Positions 1-13,098 of a stretch of 64,000 nt of DNA are shown in pieces. The notes under the pieces were generated by a model. It saw only the letters and a list, made by a program, of their open reading frames with translations, was not told the DNA's origin and did no database searches. Position numbers and translations under genes: made by a program. Position 1 is the first letter of the stretch. Every line of letters starts with the position of its first letter. The DNA is taken from the NCBI GenBank assembly GCA_964106645.2, contig OZ067042.1; one strand, written 5' to 3'. The stretch comes from Podarcis pityusensis. Lineage: Eukaryota.

Positions 1-481
1 CTGAATGCAATTATGCATTCGCATGCCCTTTAGAAAGGGGGGGGGGGAATCTAGGGCCAAGAACATGCGCATTGAAGCAAGATGGGAACTAGAGATAACA
101 CAGGACCGAAGTTCAGATTCCAACATAAACTTTGGGCAATGGGCATTAAACTTGTAGCCTTACCCAAATCTGTCTTCTCTGTTCTTGTTTAATTTTTCTA
201 ATGTCTACATCTAGCATCCTCTTGCCCCTGTGCTCATTCTGAGGGCTGAGTCCTAGGCCTTTGTCCTTGTTCTGGTTCCTTTCCTTCCCATTCTGTAGTA
301 ACCATGGCTAATCATCAATTACTGTACTGGCTGGCTCCTAAACAGATCCAAATGATTGCTGACTGAGGTCTGTCATATTTCATGGACACCAGAAATATCT
401 ATCAGCATAACAGGACCTGTTGCTTTTATGCGTGAATCAGTCAAGCAAAAATGATTTTTACCGTTTCTATCTCCTTTCCAG

Positions 482-3400
482 ATGTTGTCAAGTGCAAAAA
501 AGACAGAGGTGTTTCTGGTGTTCTGCAATGCCCATTGTGTGCCAATCCTGGAATTTTTAAAGGCAAGCAGTTAAGCAGCATGCAACCCTCAGATTTTAAT
601 TGTGTTAAGCCAACTATAGACCCAGCCTTGAAATTGAAAAACATCACTGCTCCCGATGATGGTGGCTTTACGTCAGTTTCTCCCAGAGATTTTATGGCTC
701 CCATAGGATCCATGGTATTCAACATGACAGACCAAGCTGGAAATCGAGCAAACCTGATCTGCAATGTGCAAAAGCCTGCAAAGATGTCTCCAGTTACACT
801 AAACAAAATCGACAACACCACAGTACTTGAAGTATCCTTGTCAACATTCCTTGTGTGTAGCATTGACCACGAGTATATTCAGCAGTTGTGGAGCCTCCTG
901 GCCCTTTACAGCGATTCTCCGTTAAAACTGGAAAGGGAACTGTTATTGACAGAAGTGCCTTACATCAGTTATAAGTACAAGCAAACAGACTCCAGAAATG
1001 ACGAGCTATTCACTGATGTAGAAGCTGAAATGAGAGCTGAGCCTTACTGGTTGATGCAGGAACAAGTTTCATTGCAGCTGGACAGGACTTCAACCACTCT
1101 CAACACTCTGCACATCCAGTATTTCACAAATGCTCAAATTGCCCTCCCAGTGAATCTCCCAAAATCAGAACGGCAAAACTGGGCCATGATCTTACAAGAA
1201 AACACCACAATAACTGAATATACCGTTTTAGTAGGGGGGTCTGTGGAACTGGACTGCCAAGCGCTTGGAGACCCTACCCCTGTAATTGAGTGGGTATTAG
1301 CAGATGGGAGCAAGATTAGAGCACCATATATTAGTGAAGATGGGAGAATCGTGATAAAAAAATCTGGAAAACTCATGTTGCGTGCAGCAGATAATTTTGA
1401 CAGTGGCGTTTATCACTGTATAGGAACCAATTATGTTGATGCTGATGTCCTGACTGTTAGGATTACTGTGATAGATCCTTATATAGAACACAGCCATTTA
1501 AACGGCCCTCAATTTTCCATATTTTTAGGTGACACACTTCACCTTCCATGCCCGTCTACAGGTGCCCCAGATGCCCCTGTTACCTGGATCTTACCTGACC
1601 ACATGGTTCTTCACCACTCTTCAAAAAACAAGCTTCTTTTTCACAACGGCACATTAAAAATACAAAGAACAACAGACCGGGATGGTGGTTACTTCACGTG
1701 TGTCGCTGCTAATAAGTATGGCGTTGATATTTTGGTTTACCAAGTAGTAGTTGAAAGGAATTTGAACAGGACACAAAAACTCGATATTCAGCTAGAGGAT
1801 GAAGCAGCAGAAGGATCTGGCAATGAAGAGTACAAAGTTACCACCAAACCTCAAAATCCTTCATCTGCCAGGCAAACCCAAGTAAGCAGCGAGGAACCCA
1901 CTAAAGATTCATATATAAATCAGCCCACGCAGAACAAAGCCAGTGCCAATCGCAAAGAGATTTACAGGCGCAACAAGGACAAGACGAACAAACGGTTTAG
2001 AGGGCGCCTGAGGCAATTTGATCCTTCCACTAGGAGAATTGATCCATTGCGCTGGGCAGCATTTTTGGAAAAAACGAAGAAAAAAGCCACTTTTCCAAGA
2101 AAGCAAGAAAACGCCACAGCAAAACCAACAGTAAAGGTTCTGTTGTCCTCAAAGACTTCTGAAAATCTGGAAGAGACATCTGGAGATGATATATTTCCAG
2201 AGGAAGGATTTATTCTACTAGCAACTAAAAGACCTGCGATATCCACTCTGAGAGAAGCCTCTGGAAATGTAGTGACAGCAGAATTTGGAAGCATGTCAAA
2301 TGATTTCCGTTCTTTGGCAACATCCAGCATGGTTACAGAAACCACAACTCCAGTAACCAGCCCAGTGGTTATGAATTACAAGACACCCAAGAACCAGAAG
2401 TTACTTTCAGAACTTAAACTTGAAAAAACTTCTCTCGAAGCATCTCAAACACTATCTACCAACATGGAGCCATTAACAACACCATCTTATAGTCCACCAA
2501 GTACTTCTACAGAAGCTTTAAGTACTTTTCAGAGCTCGATATCATCTGGGAGAAACAATTTGCATCTAAAGGCCACACCAACAATTACACCAGCAATGAA
2601 TATTACCAAGAGTACCCTGTCTGCAGCTACCCACAAAAATACTGAAAAACCTGATTTATTTACAGAGGCAACTGAGAAAGTATCAAAGAAATCCAATCAC
2701 CAGGTATCTCTAGTGACAGCCAATATTCCTGATGATGATGTATTTAGTCATATGCATGCTTACAGTACACAAAAAATAGTGCCTCGGTTACCTTCAAGCT
2801 CAACCATTGTCACTCACCAGCAGATTAAGGTAGTCGGGGGTGCTACAACTCACAACCCACCACTCCCCCCCAGGCAGTATAGCAGACGAAGAAAAATCTC
2901 TAATAGAAGACGAATAATTAGACCTGGCCGTATTTCCAACATTGCAGGTCGTAGATTTGCTTTTGTTAAATCACGGTTTGCTCAAGCAAGTACAACTCTA
3001 CCTCCTCCTGTAGAAGTGAGCACACCTGCATTATCTCCTCCCAAAAAATCTCTTGAACAGACTGTCTCTCAAGCCCCTGTTTCCACTTCATATAAAACTC
3101 ATCACCCAGAAGCAACAACTGCAAATCAGTTTTGGGCATTCTCAAGAAGCAAACTGGTTGCAGCTGAAGAGCATACAACTTCAACAACAATCCCCTTCTA
3201 TCCTGAAAGCACACAAGTTGTATCGCACCGAGAAGCAAAATCTGCTGCAGCGTTACAAGGAATCACCGACGCAAACCCATCATTTAGCATCAGACTCCCA
3301 ACAGCGACTATCCATAGTCCCAGGACTGGCATGGAAACCACATCTGCCATGTCACCTTTGGTTATGAAATCTACCCTTTCCGCTCTTGGAACTAAGGCCT

Positions 3401-4864
3401 CTTCCGTTGTTTCAACAGGGGGAATTCCTTTGCATAATTTCTTTGGAAGCAATGGTGCACAAAAGCAGCTACTGGAGAAGGAACCCAAGTTGCAAACAAG
3501 CAGAGAACCCTCACCTAGAGTATCTGCTTTGCCTCTCCAAACTACAGTTCCAATGCCAGCATACACAACATCACCCACATATAAAAGGGCTGTTTCAAAG
3601 ACTGAGAACCGAACTGATGATCCCCTAATTCAACCCACCAGTGACAACATGATGGTAGTAAAACTAGTCCCCCTGCTATCGCCTGATGCTGCAAAATTGC
3701 CATCTTCAGCCTTTGCCTCCAATCTTACAACTGTTCTAGGAAAAGAAACAGATGCCGCCACCAGCATCCTACCAATTCTCTTTCCAACTACTACTGTCCG
3801 TGTTAAAACTAACGTTGCCAGATTCAGAGCGTTAAGACCAGGCAGAAGGAGGGGTCAGAGGAGGAGAAGGCCTTTGAAAAACCCCGTGTCTTCATACAGA
3901 AACATCATTCTCAGCAAAGGTTCTGCTACGGTGTCCAAAAAACCCACGGCTTCTCCTTCTTTAACAACAGCTGAAAGCATAAGGGAAGCTGCCAGCCCCC
4001 TAACAGATGAACTGTTTTCAAAATCCACTAGTATGGATGCCATTAGAACTACACCACGGACGCCCAGTCTTGGCACAACTGACACAGTTGCAGAGAATAA
4101 ATCCACACCAGCTACTCAGATAAGGAATATCCCTACCGAAAATACGGTCACTACTGAGATAGCAGTGGGTAACTCGTCTTCTGAAAAACCTGTGACTGTG
4201 ATCCCACTCACTGTATCGTTCTTGGACACAGCCAGCACAATCTCAGCGATACCAGGCACATCCTTGGTAACACGGGCACCAGAGTCCAGCAGACTAACTC
4301 TGGCTACTACAGTGGGTGCTGATAAGGAATCAGAACAGACTGTAGGATGGGAAGCTAGCAAAAAAGGCCAAACAACAAAAGCAGCTTTTTCTCTTAAAAC
4401 TGAGATAAGTAACCAAACTCCTACTAATGCAAGATACCCCAGCACACAGTCTCCTAGCCCATTAGCACCCCAAACAACGCTCATGCCGGCTATCACACCA
4501 ACCACTGCATCTCCCAGGCAGGGGGAACTGTCTTGGCAGGAGGCTGCAGAAAGTGGCAAAACTTTCACGGTCAGCACATTGGGCAGATTTAAGTCCCCAC
4601 AGAGCTCCACTCAATATACTCCTTTGTGGACGAAGGATAAGAACAATCAGGTGAAGAATTGGGCTGAGAAGACCATAGACCAGGAAGTCGCTACCACCAA
4701 TCAGATAACCTTAGATTTGTTCCACCAACGCAGGGGGGCAAGACCCAGGATAATTGGAGGGAAACTGGCAGCGTTTACGGTCTTGGCTAATTCAGATGCT
4801 TTCATCCCTTGCGAAGCCAGTGGGAACCCTCGGCCAATAATACACTGGACCAAGGTATCATCAG
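482..4864 (+). CDS. IGSF10: IGSF10 giant internal exon (4383 bp): end of LRRCT, two Ig domains, long Ser/Thr/Pro-rich region, start of the Ig array
   Basis: Acceptor ctcctttccag|at and donor TCAG|gtacgt, phase 1/1. Protein DVVKCKKDR...CNVQKP...LDCQALGDPTP...PRIIGGKLAAFTVLANSDAFIPCEASGNP matches the IGSF10/MXRA5 family; adjacency to MED12L identifies IGSF10. Confidence 0.96.
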
Positions 4865-5294
4865 GTACGTTTCTCAAGTTTACATGGAATATTTCTTTTT
4901 CCTTTTTTATATATACACAAGATACAAGCTAGGATATAGTGTGGGCAGTATTAATATCTTAAGAATGCTTATAGCCCTAGGGTTGGGTTTTGAGGGTGCA
5001 ATGAGAACCATTGTGTTGTAGAGATTCGTGTGTTGGGCTAGGACTGGGGGGACTCTGGTTCAAAAGTGTGTGGCCCTGGGGCAGCCATACTCTCTGCAAT
5101 AGCCGCCTTCTCCACCAGGCAATTGTGAGGACAAAATGGAGAGCGGGGGGAAAGAGACGCATGTATTACCCTGAGCTCCTTAGAGGAAATGTGGTTTTAT
5201 AAATACAATCATGCCTTTGAACACAGTTGTAGAAATCCTTTCTTCTTCCGTGGGACTTGAAAAGCAGTATTGGGTAAGGGTCATAACTCAGCAG

Positions 5295-5398
5295 TAGGGC
5301 TGGGCAATATATCAATATATCACCCCAAACCAGTTTGAAGTCCGTATTGTGATATTGGTTTTGTAATTTTTGACCTGGCAATATTTCACAAATCGTTA

Positions 5399-5438
<40 letters not shown>

Positions 5439-5582
5439 CGCTATGCAAAAATGACAATACAGGAGAAACTGTGAAGCCAGCCAGTGCCTCTACATAGCTC
5501 CATCCTTATTTCAGACTGATATATCATGATATTTTGCTGGGGATATATCACCATGTTGAAAACCAGATATCGCCCAGCCCTA
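5295..5582. mobile_element. hAT-type MITE containing a (TG)15(CG)5 tract
   Basis: TIRs TAGGGCTGGGCAATAT / ATATCGCCCAGCCCTA; 8-bp TSD ctcagcag/cttagcag. Confidence 0.8.
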
Positions 5583-5836
5583 CTTAGCAGTAGGGTATGT
5601 GCCTTGCATGTGGAAGGTCCCAGGGTCAACCTCTGTGATCTCCAGAAACATCTGAGAGAGGCTGCTGCCTGCAGAGCCACTGCCAGTCACTGAGTTAGAT
5701 GAGCCAATGGTCTGACTCTGTATAAGGCAGCTCCCCATGTTCTTATTCTGATGCAGGGCTGCAACTCTGATGACTTACCTACATTTTACTTCTACTTACT
5801 ATATAACTCTACATACGAAAGGATAATTTGACATTA

Positions 5837-6369
5837 CCGTATTTACTCGACACGGGTGGCACTGTGGGTAAAACCTCAGCGCCTAGGACTTGCCGATCGC
5901 ATGGTCGGCGGTTCAAATCCCCGCGGCGGGGTGCGCTCCCGTCGTTCGGTCCCAGTGCCTGCCAACCTAGCAGTTCGAAAGCACCCCCGGGTGCAAGTAG
6001 ATAAATAGGGACCGCTTACCCAGCGGGAAGGTAAACGGCGTTCCGTGTGTTGCGCTGGCTCGCCAGATGCAGCTTGTCACGATGACCACGTGACCCGGAA
6101 GTGTCTGCGGACAGCACTGGCTCCCGGCCTCTAGAGTGAGATGAGCGCACAACCCTAGAGTCTGTCAAGACTGGCCTGTACGGGCAGGGGTACCTTTACC
6201 TTTACCTAATGTGCCATTGAATCTAACGTGCACCTCAATTTTCAGAACCTTGAAACCAAAAAAAGTATTTGCTGGCAAATGTAAATGTGCCATCGAATCT
6301 CATGTGCACCTTAATTTTCGCAACACAATTTGGGCAAAAAAGGTGAGCATTAGATTCGAGTAAATACGG
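5837..6369. mobile_element. Tc1/mariner-like MITE interrupted by a Sauria SINE
   Basis: Perfect TIR CCGTATTTACTCGA / TCGAGTAAATACGG with TA on both flanks. Confidence 0.82.
5850..6207 (+). mobile_element. Sauria SINE, near full length
   Basis: tRNA-like head with A and B boxes (GGTTCAAATCCC), conserved body, ACCTTT tail; very similar to 13746-14104. Confidence 0.9.
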
Positions 6370-6546
6370 TAGTTTATTAAAGTGGGGTTTTTAGGATGAA
6401 AAGTTTAGAAAAGGGATGAAGCACAAAAGCAATAGAAATGCAGTACAAAAACCAAAATAAAAACCATTTGACCTGCCAAGCAAATCAAAAAAGTAAGATT
6501 TTAATACAGAGATTAGGCTAATTTTATTTCCATCTCTTTCAACTAG

Positions 6547-7447
6547 GGGTTGATGCGTCAAAACACAAGCGTGATAACAGATTTGAGGTTCTTCCCAACG
6601 GGACTCTCTCCATCCAGAACGTCAACATCCAGGACCGCGGACAGTACCTCTGTGTGGCTGCCAATCAGCATGGTTCCGACAGGCTTCTTATCACATTGTC
6701 GGTGGTGACTTATCCACCTCGAATCCTGGAGGGGAGGTCCAAAATCATTACTGTTCACTCTGACAAGCCAGCAGCCCTGAAATGCACTGCCGAAGGCCGT
6801 CCCATTCCTACCGTATCATGGATCCTTGCAAACAAAACTTACATCTCAGAATCTTCTATGGGAAATGAGGCTGTTTCTGTGCAAGCAGATGGCACGCTGG
6901 TGATAAAGAAAGTCAGTGTTTACGACAGAGGGATTTACACATGCACAGCAAGCAACGCAGCTGGTTCAGATACAATGACAGTGAGGCTGCAAGTTATTGC
7001 TGCGCCGCCCATTATACTGGAAGAGAAGAAGCAACGTATGTTGGAGAATATTGGGGGAAGCTTGAAGCTGCCCTGCACTGCCAAAGGAAACCCACAGCCC
7101 TACGTTCACTGGGTTCTCTTCGATGGAACAGAGGTGAAGCCTTTGCAGTATATAAATGGCAAATTTTTCCTTTTCCCTAATGGAACCCTTTACATCAGGA
7201 ATATCAGCCCTTCTGACAGTGGGAATTATGAATGCATAGCCACCAGCTCCACTGGCTCAGAGAGGAGAGTGGTCATCATTCAGGTAGAACATAGCGACAC
7301 AGTCCCCAGAATCACAGTTTCATCTCAAAGACTGACTCAGCTGAATTTTGGGGACAGGTTGCTTCTGAACTGCTCAGCTACAGGGGAGCCAAGACCCAAG
7401 ATAATATGGAGATTACCTTCAAAAGCTGTTGTTGATCAGTGGCACAG
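6547..7447 (+). CDS. IGSF10: IGSF10 penultimate coding exon (Ig C2-type domains)
   Basis: Acceptor ctttcaactag|GG and donor CACAG|gtaggt, phase 1/2. Reads GVDASKHKRDNRFEVLPNGTLSIQN...AVVDQWHR. Confidence 0.96.
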
Positions 7448-7494
7448 GTAGGTCTCGTGAAAATCGCAGCATTACTTATTTGCTTGATTAGCCA

Positions 7495-7668
7495 CCATAT
7501 TTTTCCGTGTATAACACGCCCCCCATGTATAAGACGCCCCCTATTTTGGGGGGCTCCAAATTGAGAAAATGGGGGGAGATTGTATCCATGTATAAGGCGA
7601 CCCACAATTTTGAATATAATTTTTTAATAATAAAAAAAACCCCTAGTCCTATACACGGAAAAGTACGG
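7495..7668. mobile_element. Tc1/mariner-like MITE
   Basis: Imperfect TIRs ccatatttttccgtgtata / tatacacggaaaagtacgg followed by TA. Confidence 0.65.
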
Positions 7669-9143
7669 TATATTGTAACCATTGGATTTCACATTGGATA
7701 GTGTTGTGCTGGAGGAGAACGATAAAGCTTCTGGGACAAATGAACTGTTCTGCCTTTGTGTCAAAGAGGGCTGAATCAAACAAATGAATTTATTGACACC
7801 CTTTGCTGAGCTGCTCTGGTACTTTGGTATGAGGGGTGTCGAGCTGTCATTTGCTGAGTGACTTGCAGAACAATCCAAACCCTCCTTACACCAGGCTGTG
7901 GAGTGGTAGTGGTTGAATTTGATGGAAGTGTTTCTCAGCCAACTCTGCTGGCTAAGTCAGCTCTCTTGCCAGCCGCCAGCCATTGCCCTGACCTTTCTAC
8001 CCAGATGCTGTGAGAGGCACGACTGCAGATGCAGTTGTGGTCTTGGCATTCCTTTAAACTCCACTAACAGGTGTGGAAGCTTTGGACTGCACCTTTAGAT
8101 GCCAGAGCAGTACAGTGCTACAGTATTTAAGAATGAGACTGACGATATAAGGGTTGAAGCACATTTTACCATACTGTCCCAGTCCAGTTAGGGCTGTCTT
8201 CACCACAGCCACTTCAGGGACAAGCAAGGCTCCTATGAGCTCTTGTTTGTAAATGTATTATTTCCATTAAAACCTCATTCCTAGGTTGGGTGGTTGCAGC
8301 TCCACAGCATCAATATCATAGTATTTTATTTTATTTTATTTTGGACGAGTTTGCTTTAACTCATGGGAATACAGTTCTGCCCAACATTTTGGCCACTAAC
8401 CATCAATTGAGTTCTTAAGTGAAGCCAGTGGTTTCCATATTAGAGCTTGGCAGTAACAAATCTTGTGATCTCTAGACTGACCTAAACAAAGCATCTAAAT
8501 CCAAACAGATTGCAGATCCCTGGAGTCTGATCCACATAATTAACATCTGCCAGCTCTCTGCAAGGCTTCCAAACAGAATGAGCAGAGGAGTGATATGTTT
8601 GCACTTTCCTGATCCAAAACTAGTGCATGTCATATGAAGAACAAGTAGGCTTGCAGTTCGCTCTTACATTTGACAAAGGAGATTTCCCACCAAGTCAAGC
8701 TGTACCTATAGATGGAGGGAGAGGGGCTTCCAAAGGCTTCCACACAACCTGGAATCCTGTACAATTCTGATATAAGCCAACATGGAAGCCTTTGCACATA
8801 CATCTATGTGTGTAGCCCCCCCCCCACCTTTGTGCAGAAGTTCACACAATATGCACAGTTGCCATGGGAGGAGTTGCTTGATGCAGCCGTACTCTCCACT
8901 CATGACTCCTGAAGAGGACTCAAAGGAACTTCCAAATGCTTCTACTCAATGCACTCATATCTTAGCTTGTCTTTAATGTCATTGAGAATCAGCAGTTTTA
9001 CAGTTACGGTCTCCGTATTTTTTGGCATATAAGGTTCTGGTTGTGGGCTTCCCATAGGCATGTGGTTGACCGCTGTCAAAACAGAATTCTGGACTAGATG
9101 GGCCTTTGGCTTCTCCCAGAAGGGCTCTTCTTATGTTCTTAAG

Positions 9144-9276
9144 CAGGCATAGGCAAACTCGGCCCTCCAGATGTTTTGAGACAATTCCCATCATCCCTGA
9201 CCGCTGGTCCTGTTAGCTAGGGATGATGGGAATTGTAGTTCCAAAACATCTGGAGGGCCAAGTTTGCCTATGCCTG
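9144..9276. mobile_element. Palindromic hAT MITE (URR1/Charlie-like)
   Basis: TIR CAGGCATAGGCAAACT / AGTTTGCCTATGCCTG; exact 8-bp TSD TTCTTAAG. Confidence 0.88.
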
Positions 9277-9327
9277 TTCTTAAGTATAACAGACTAAATA
9301 CCTTTCCTTTCTTCCATTGCTTTTTAG

Positions 9328-11236
9328 AATGGGGAGTCGAATCCATGTGCATCCCAATGGATCCTTGGCTGTTGAAAGAGTCACAGAAAAGGATGCTGGT
9401 GACTATATATGTGTGGCTAGGAATAAAATGGGAGACGACTTGATCCTAATGAAAGTCAGCGTGACAATGAAGCCTGCAAAAATCGATCAAAAGCAGTATT
9501 TTAAGAAACTGGTGCCTTACGGGAAGGACTTCAAAGTGGACTGCAAAGCTTCCGGGTCCCCTGAACCAGAGATATCTTGGAGTTTGCCAGACGGCACAAT
9601 GATCAACAACGTGATGCAAGCAGATGACAGTGGGCACAGGTCTCGTAGGTACACTCTGTTTGACAACGGGACACTGTATTTCAACAAGGTGGGAATAGCT
9701 GAAGAGGGCGACTACACGTGTTATGCTCAAAACACACTTGGGAAAGACGAAATGAAAGTGCACATAACAGTGCTAGCAGCGGCGCCACGGATCAAGCAGA
9801 ATTCCAAGACCTATGCAAAAGTCAGAGCAGGAGACACTGCAGTTTTCAACTGTGAAACCACTGGTCAACCTAAGCCGAACATTTTCTGGTTGTTGCCTTC
9901 CAATGACATGATTTCAGCTTCCAATCACAGGTATTTTCTTCACATTAATGGATCCTTGTCCGTCACAAAGGTGAGGCTCATAGATGCTGGAGAATACATA
10001 TGTGTTGCTCGCAACTCTGGTGGAGATGATACAAGGCTTTATAAACTTGAAGTAATCTCTAAACCGCCTCTCATCAATGGGTTGTATACAAACAAGACTA
10101 TCATTAAAACAACAGCCATAAAACACTCAAAGAAACAAATAGACTGCAGAGCTGAAGGAACGCCCATACCCCAAATCATGTGGATTATGCCTGACAATAT
10201 TTTCTTAACAGCCCCATACTATGGGAGTAGAATAACAGTACACAAAAATGGGACTCTTGAAATTCGTAACGTAAGGTCTTCAGATACGGCAGAGTTTGTC
10301 TGTGTGGCACGTAACGATGGCGGAGAAAGCATATTGGTGGTCCAGCTGGAGGTGTTAGAAATGCTTAGGAGACCAATGTTCAGAAATCCATTTAACGAGA
10401 AAGTAATAGCAAAGGCTGGGAAAACTGCCTTTTTGAACTGCTCTGTAGATGGAAACCCCCCTCCCGAGATAATCTGGATGTTACCCAATGGAACAAGGGT
10501 TTCCAGTGGTTTTAGAACACTCCATTACTTCTTGGGGGACAATGGCACCCTTGTCATCTACAGTCCTTCCAAAGCAGATGCAGGCAAGTACCGGTGTGCT
10601 GCTAAAAATAAAGTTGGCTACATTGAAAAGTTGGTCATATTGGAAGTTGGCCAGAAACCCACCATCTTTATCCACCCAAGAGGAACAATAAAAAGCTTAA
10701 GTGGGGAACTGTTATCCCTTCACTGTCTTGCTGGCGGAAGCCCCAAGCCAAGCATAATATGGACAGTCCCCAATGGTGACGTCCTAGACCGGCCTCAGAT
10801 TAATGGGAGATATATGTTACTAGAAAATGGCACCCTCATTATCAGAGAAACCACCATACATGACAGAGGAAGTTATGCATGCAAAGCTCAGAACTACGCT
10901 GGTGATTCAACGGTAGTTGTTTTTGTAATTATTGTGGCACACCCGCCACGGATTACAAACAGACCGCCAAGGAATATCCGCACAGTGGCTGGGGTACCAG
11001 TTCAGCTTCACTGCATGGCACTGGGAATACCAAATCCAGAAATTACATGGGAGCTGCCTGACCACTCATTACTTTCCACAGGCAGCAAAGGCCGGCCATC
11101 TGGAAGTGAACTTCTCCATCCACAAGGAACATTAGTAATTCAGAATCCAAAGCTGTCAGATGCTGGCATCTATAAGTGCATGGCTAAGAACCAGCTTGGC
11201 AGTGATTCCACTGTAACATACGTTCAAGTTATCTGA
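9328..11236 (+). CDS. IGSF10: IGSF10 last coding exon (tandem Ig domains, stop TGA)
   Basis: Acceptor tttttag|A ATG GGG completes phase 2. ORF MGSRIHVHPNGSL...TVTYVQVI*. Confidence 0.97.
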
Positions 11237-11838
11237 GACGAGAAATGCAGCCTGAACAATTGATAACAAAGGCTAATCAGGAGCCAAAGTTTGGCTTTCA
11301 AATATGTTTAATCAAAAGCAGTCATGTCAGATTCGTTAAAATTGCGATTCTCAGTTTACAGTAGACACAGTAACAGACAGAAAGATTTGGAGAAAAATTG
11401 TATCATGTTCCGATATGAATATATTAGAGGTATTTTTAAAGCGACATTGAGAACTTAAGGCACTTACATCTTGACTAAAGACAGTCAAATGCATCGCAAT
11501 ATAACTTGAAATATTTAGTGCAAGGATGGGTTTGTTAAAAAGTTGTTTCTTACTTCCCATTTGGTAGTAGTACAAGAAGTATGAAATATAAGATACGTAA
11601 AGAAAAAAGAAGAAATGGGATGGCTGTTCTTTACCTTGTGGACAAATATGAATATTTTGTATCTATCTTACCATTGTTGTTGTTTTTAAACAAAAAGGTG
11701 CTGCCAGTTTTGTAATACTGAAATTTAGTTCTTTCACGCGGGAGTCCTTTTTTGTGGGGCAATGGAAGAACCAATAGAAAATAGTTTGATAGGGTTGTGT
11801 GTGTTTTATTTTAAAGAAAATATGGATTATTTTTGTAA

Positions 11839-11926
11839 AATAAAAAAGCAATCAGATCTGCATATAAAGAAGTGCAGATGTATAATTGCCATTCAGCTGC
11901 TAAACATTTTACATAAAAAGAATAAA
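11839..11926 (+). terminator. Candidate IGSF10 poly(A) signals (AATAAA at 11839 and 11921)
   Basis: Two canonical hexamers 600-690 nt after the stop in an AT-rich UTR. Confidence 0.5.
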
Positions 11927-12856
11927 GTGCCTTTAAGTTTAATAAGTAAGCAATGCATGAGCAGAGACTGAGGAGGAAGCAGTAGGACAGTGTACTTTTC
12001 TTCTTGCTTGTTCTGGGCACCTGGAGGCACTGGCTGAAAAATTGATGCAAAGAAAGAACCTTTGGTCTACTCCAACAGAATACAGCTGTCTCCAAGAAAT
12101 TGCGCCGAGTACCTTATTTATTTATTGTAAATATTTTTATATTGCCTGTCAATTAAGGTATATTCTTAGGGCAGCCGCAAAAGACATCTGTTTATACGTG
12201 CCACATAGGATAGAACTTTGACTCTAGTGATATAAGGCTGTGCTCTGTCAGAGTAGGAGAACTCTGGATCCCAGACCGCAGGCTATGCCAAGAACTCCCA
12301 CTGCATTATAGACTGCATATACATGATTCCCTGCATCTAGTTTGTTGCAGAACAGGTGAATATGCAGCTAACATGGCACAAATCTTGATCCACCAGCCTA
12401 AGCCCACAACTGTTGTGTGACACTATCCCTCCAAGAGGGAAAGCAAGAATTAGCAACCTTTTCCTACATGCTTAAGATGCTAGCTACTTTATTGGGACCT
12501 GAATAAAATCCATACTTCAAAACTCTTTTAAGAAATGTGCATTTAACTGGAAATCTCAAAATGGCATACCTTTTCCTGGTATGTCTGAACTATAGGAACT
12601 TGTGGTTTATTCTTACTGGCTGCTTAAAAACACACACATGAGGATCAAAATGTAGCAGCCCAGACCTAGATATAGTTTACCTGCTCCACTCCTGGATCTG
12701 AATGCATGTTTCACTTATCTTATCTTGCCTCTCTGCCAAGGCCAAGAGATGATGGCAACTCCATCACACTGCCTCCTGCAAATATTACAACCACTATCAT
12801 GCCAGTTGACTATGGGCAAAACTATAGCAGGAACAGCCTTTCTCCTGATGGAAATA

Positions 12857-13098
12857 CACTGGTACCTCGGGTTACATACGCTTCAGGTTACAGGCGCTTC
12901 AGGTTACAGACTCTGCTAACCCAGAAATAGTGCTTCAGGTTAAGAACTTTGCTTCAGGATGATAACAGAAATAGTGCTCCAGCAGCACGGCGGCAGCAGG
13001 AAGCCCCATTAGCTAAAGTGGTGCTTCAGGTTAAGAACAGTTTCAGGTTAAGAACAGACCTCCAGAATGAATTAAGTACTTAACCCGAGGTACAACTG
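12857..13098. mobile_element. Tc1/mariner (Tigger-like) MITE, family A
   Basis: TA-flanked TIRs cactggtacctcgggtta / taacccgaggtacaactg; internal cttcaggtta repeats; second copy at 39116. Confidence 0.85.

Noticed and set aside
441-4610. Antisense and alternative-frame ORFs over IGSF10
   Set aside because: Shadows of the coding strand with no recognisable domains.
451-4932. 1493-aa ORF as a standalone gene starting at ATG 451
   Set aside because: The first 10 and last 22 or so codons are intronic; strong splice sites at 482 and 4864 show it is an internal IGSF10 exon.
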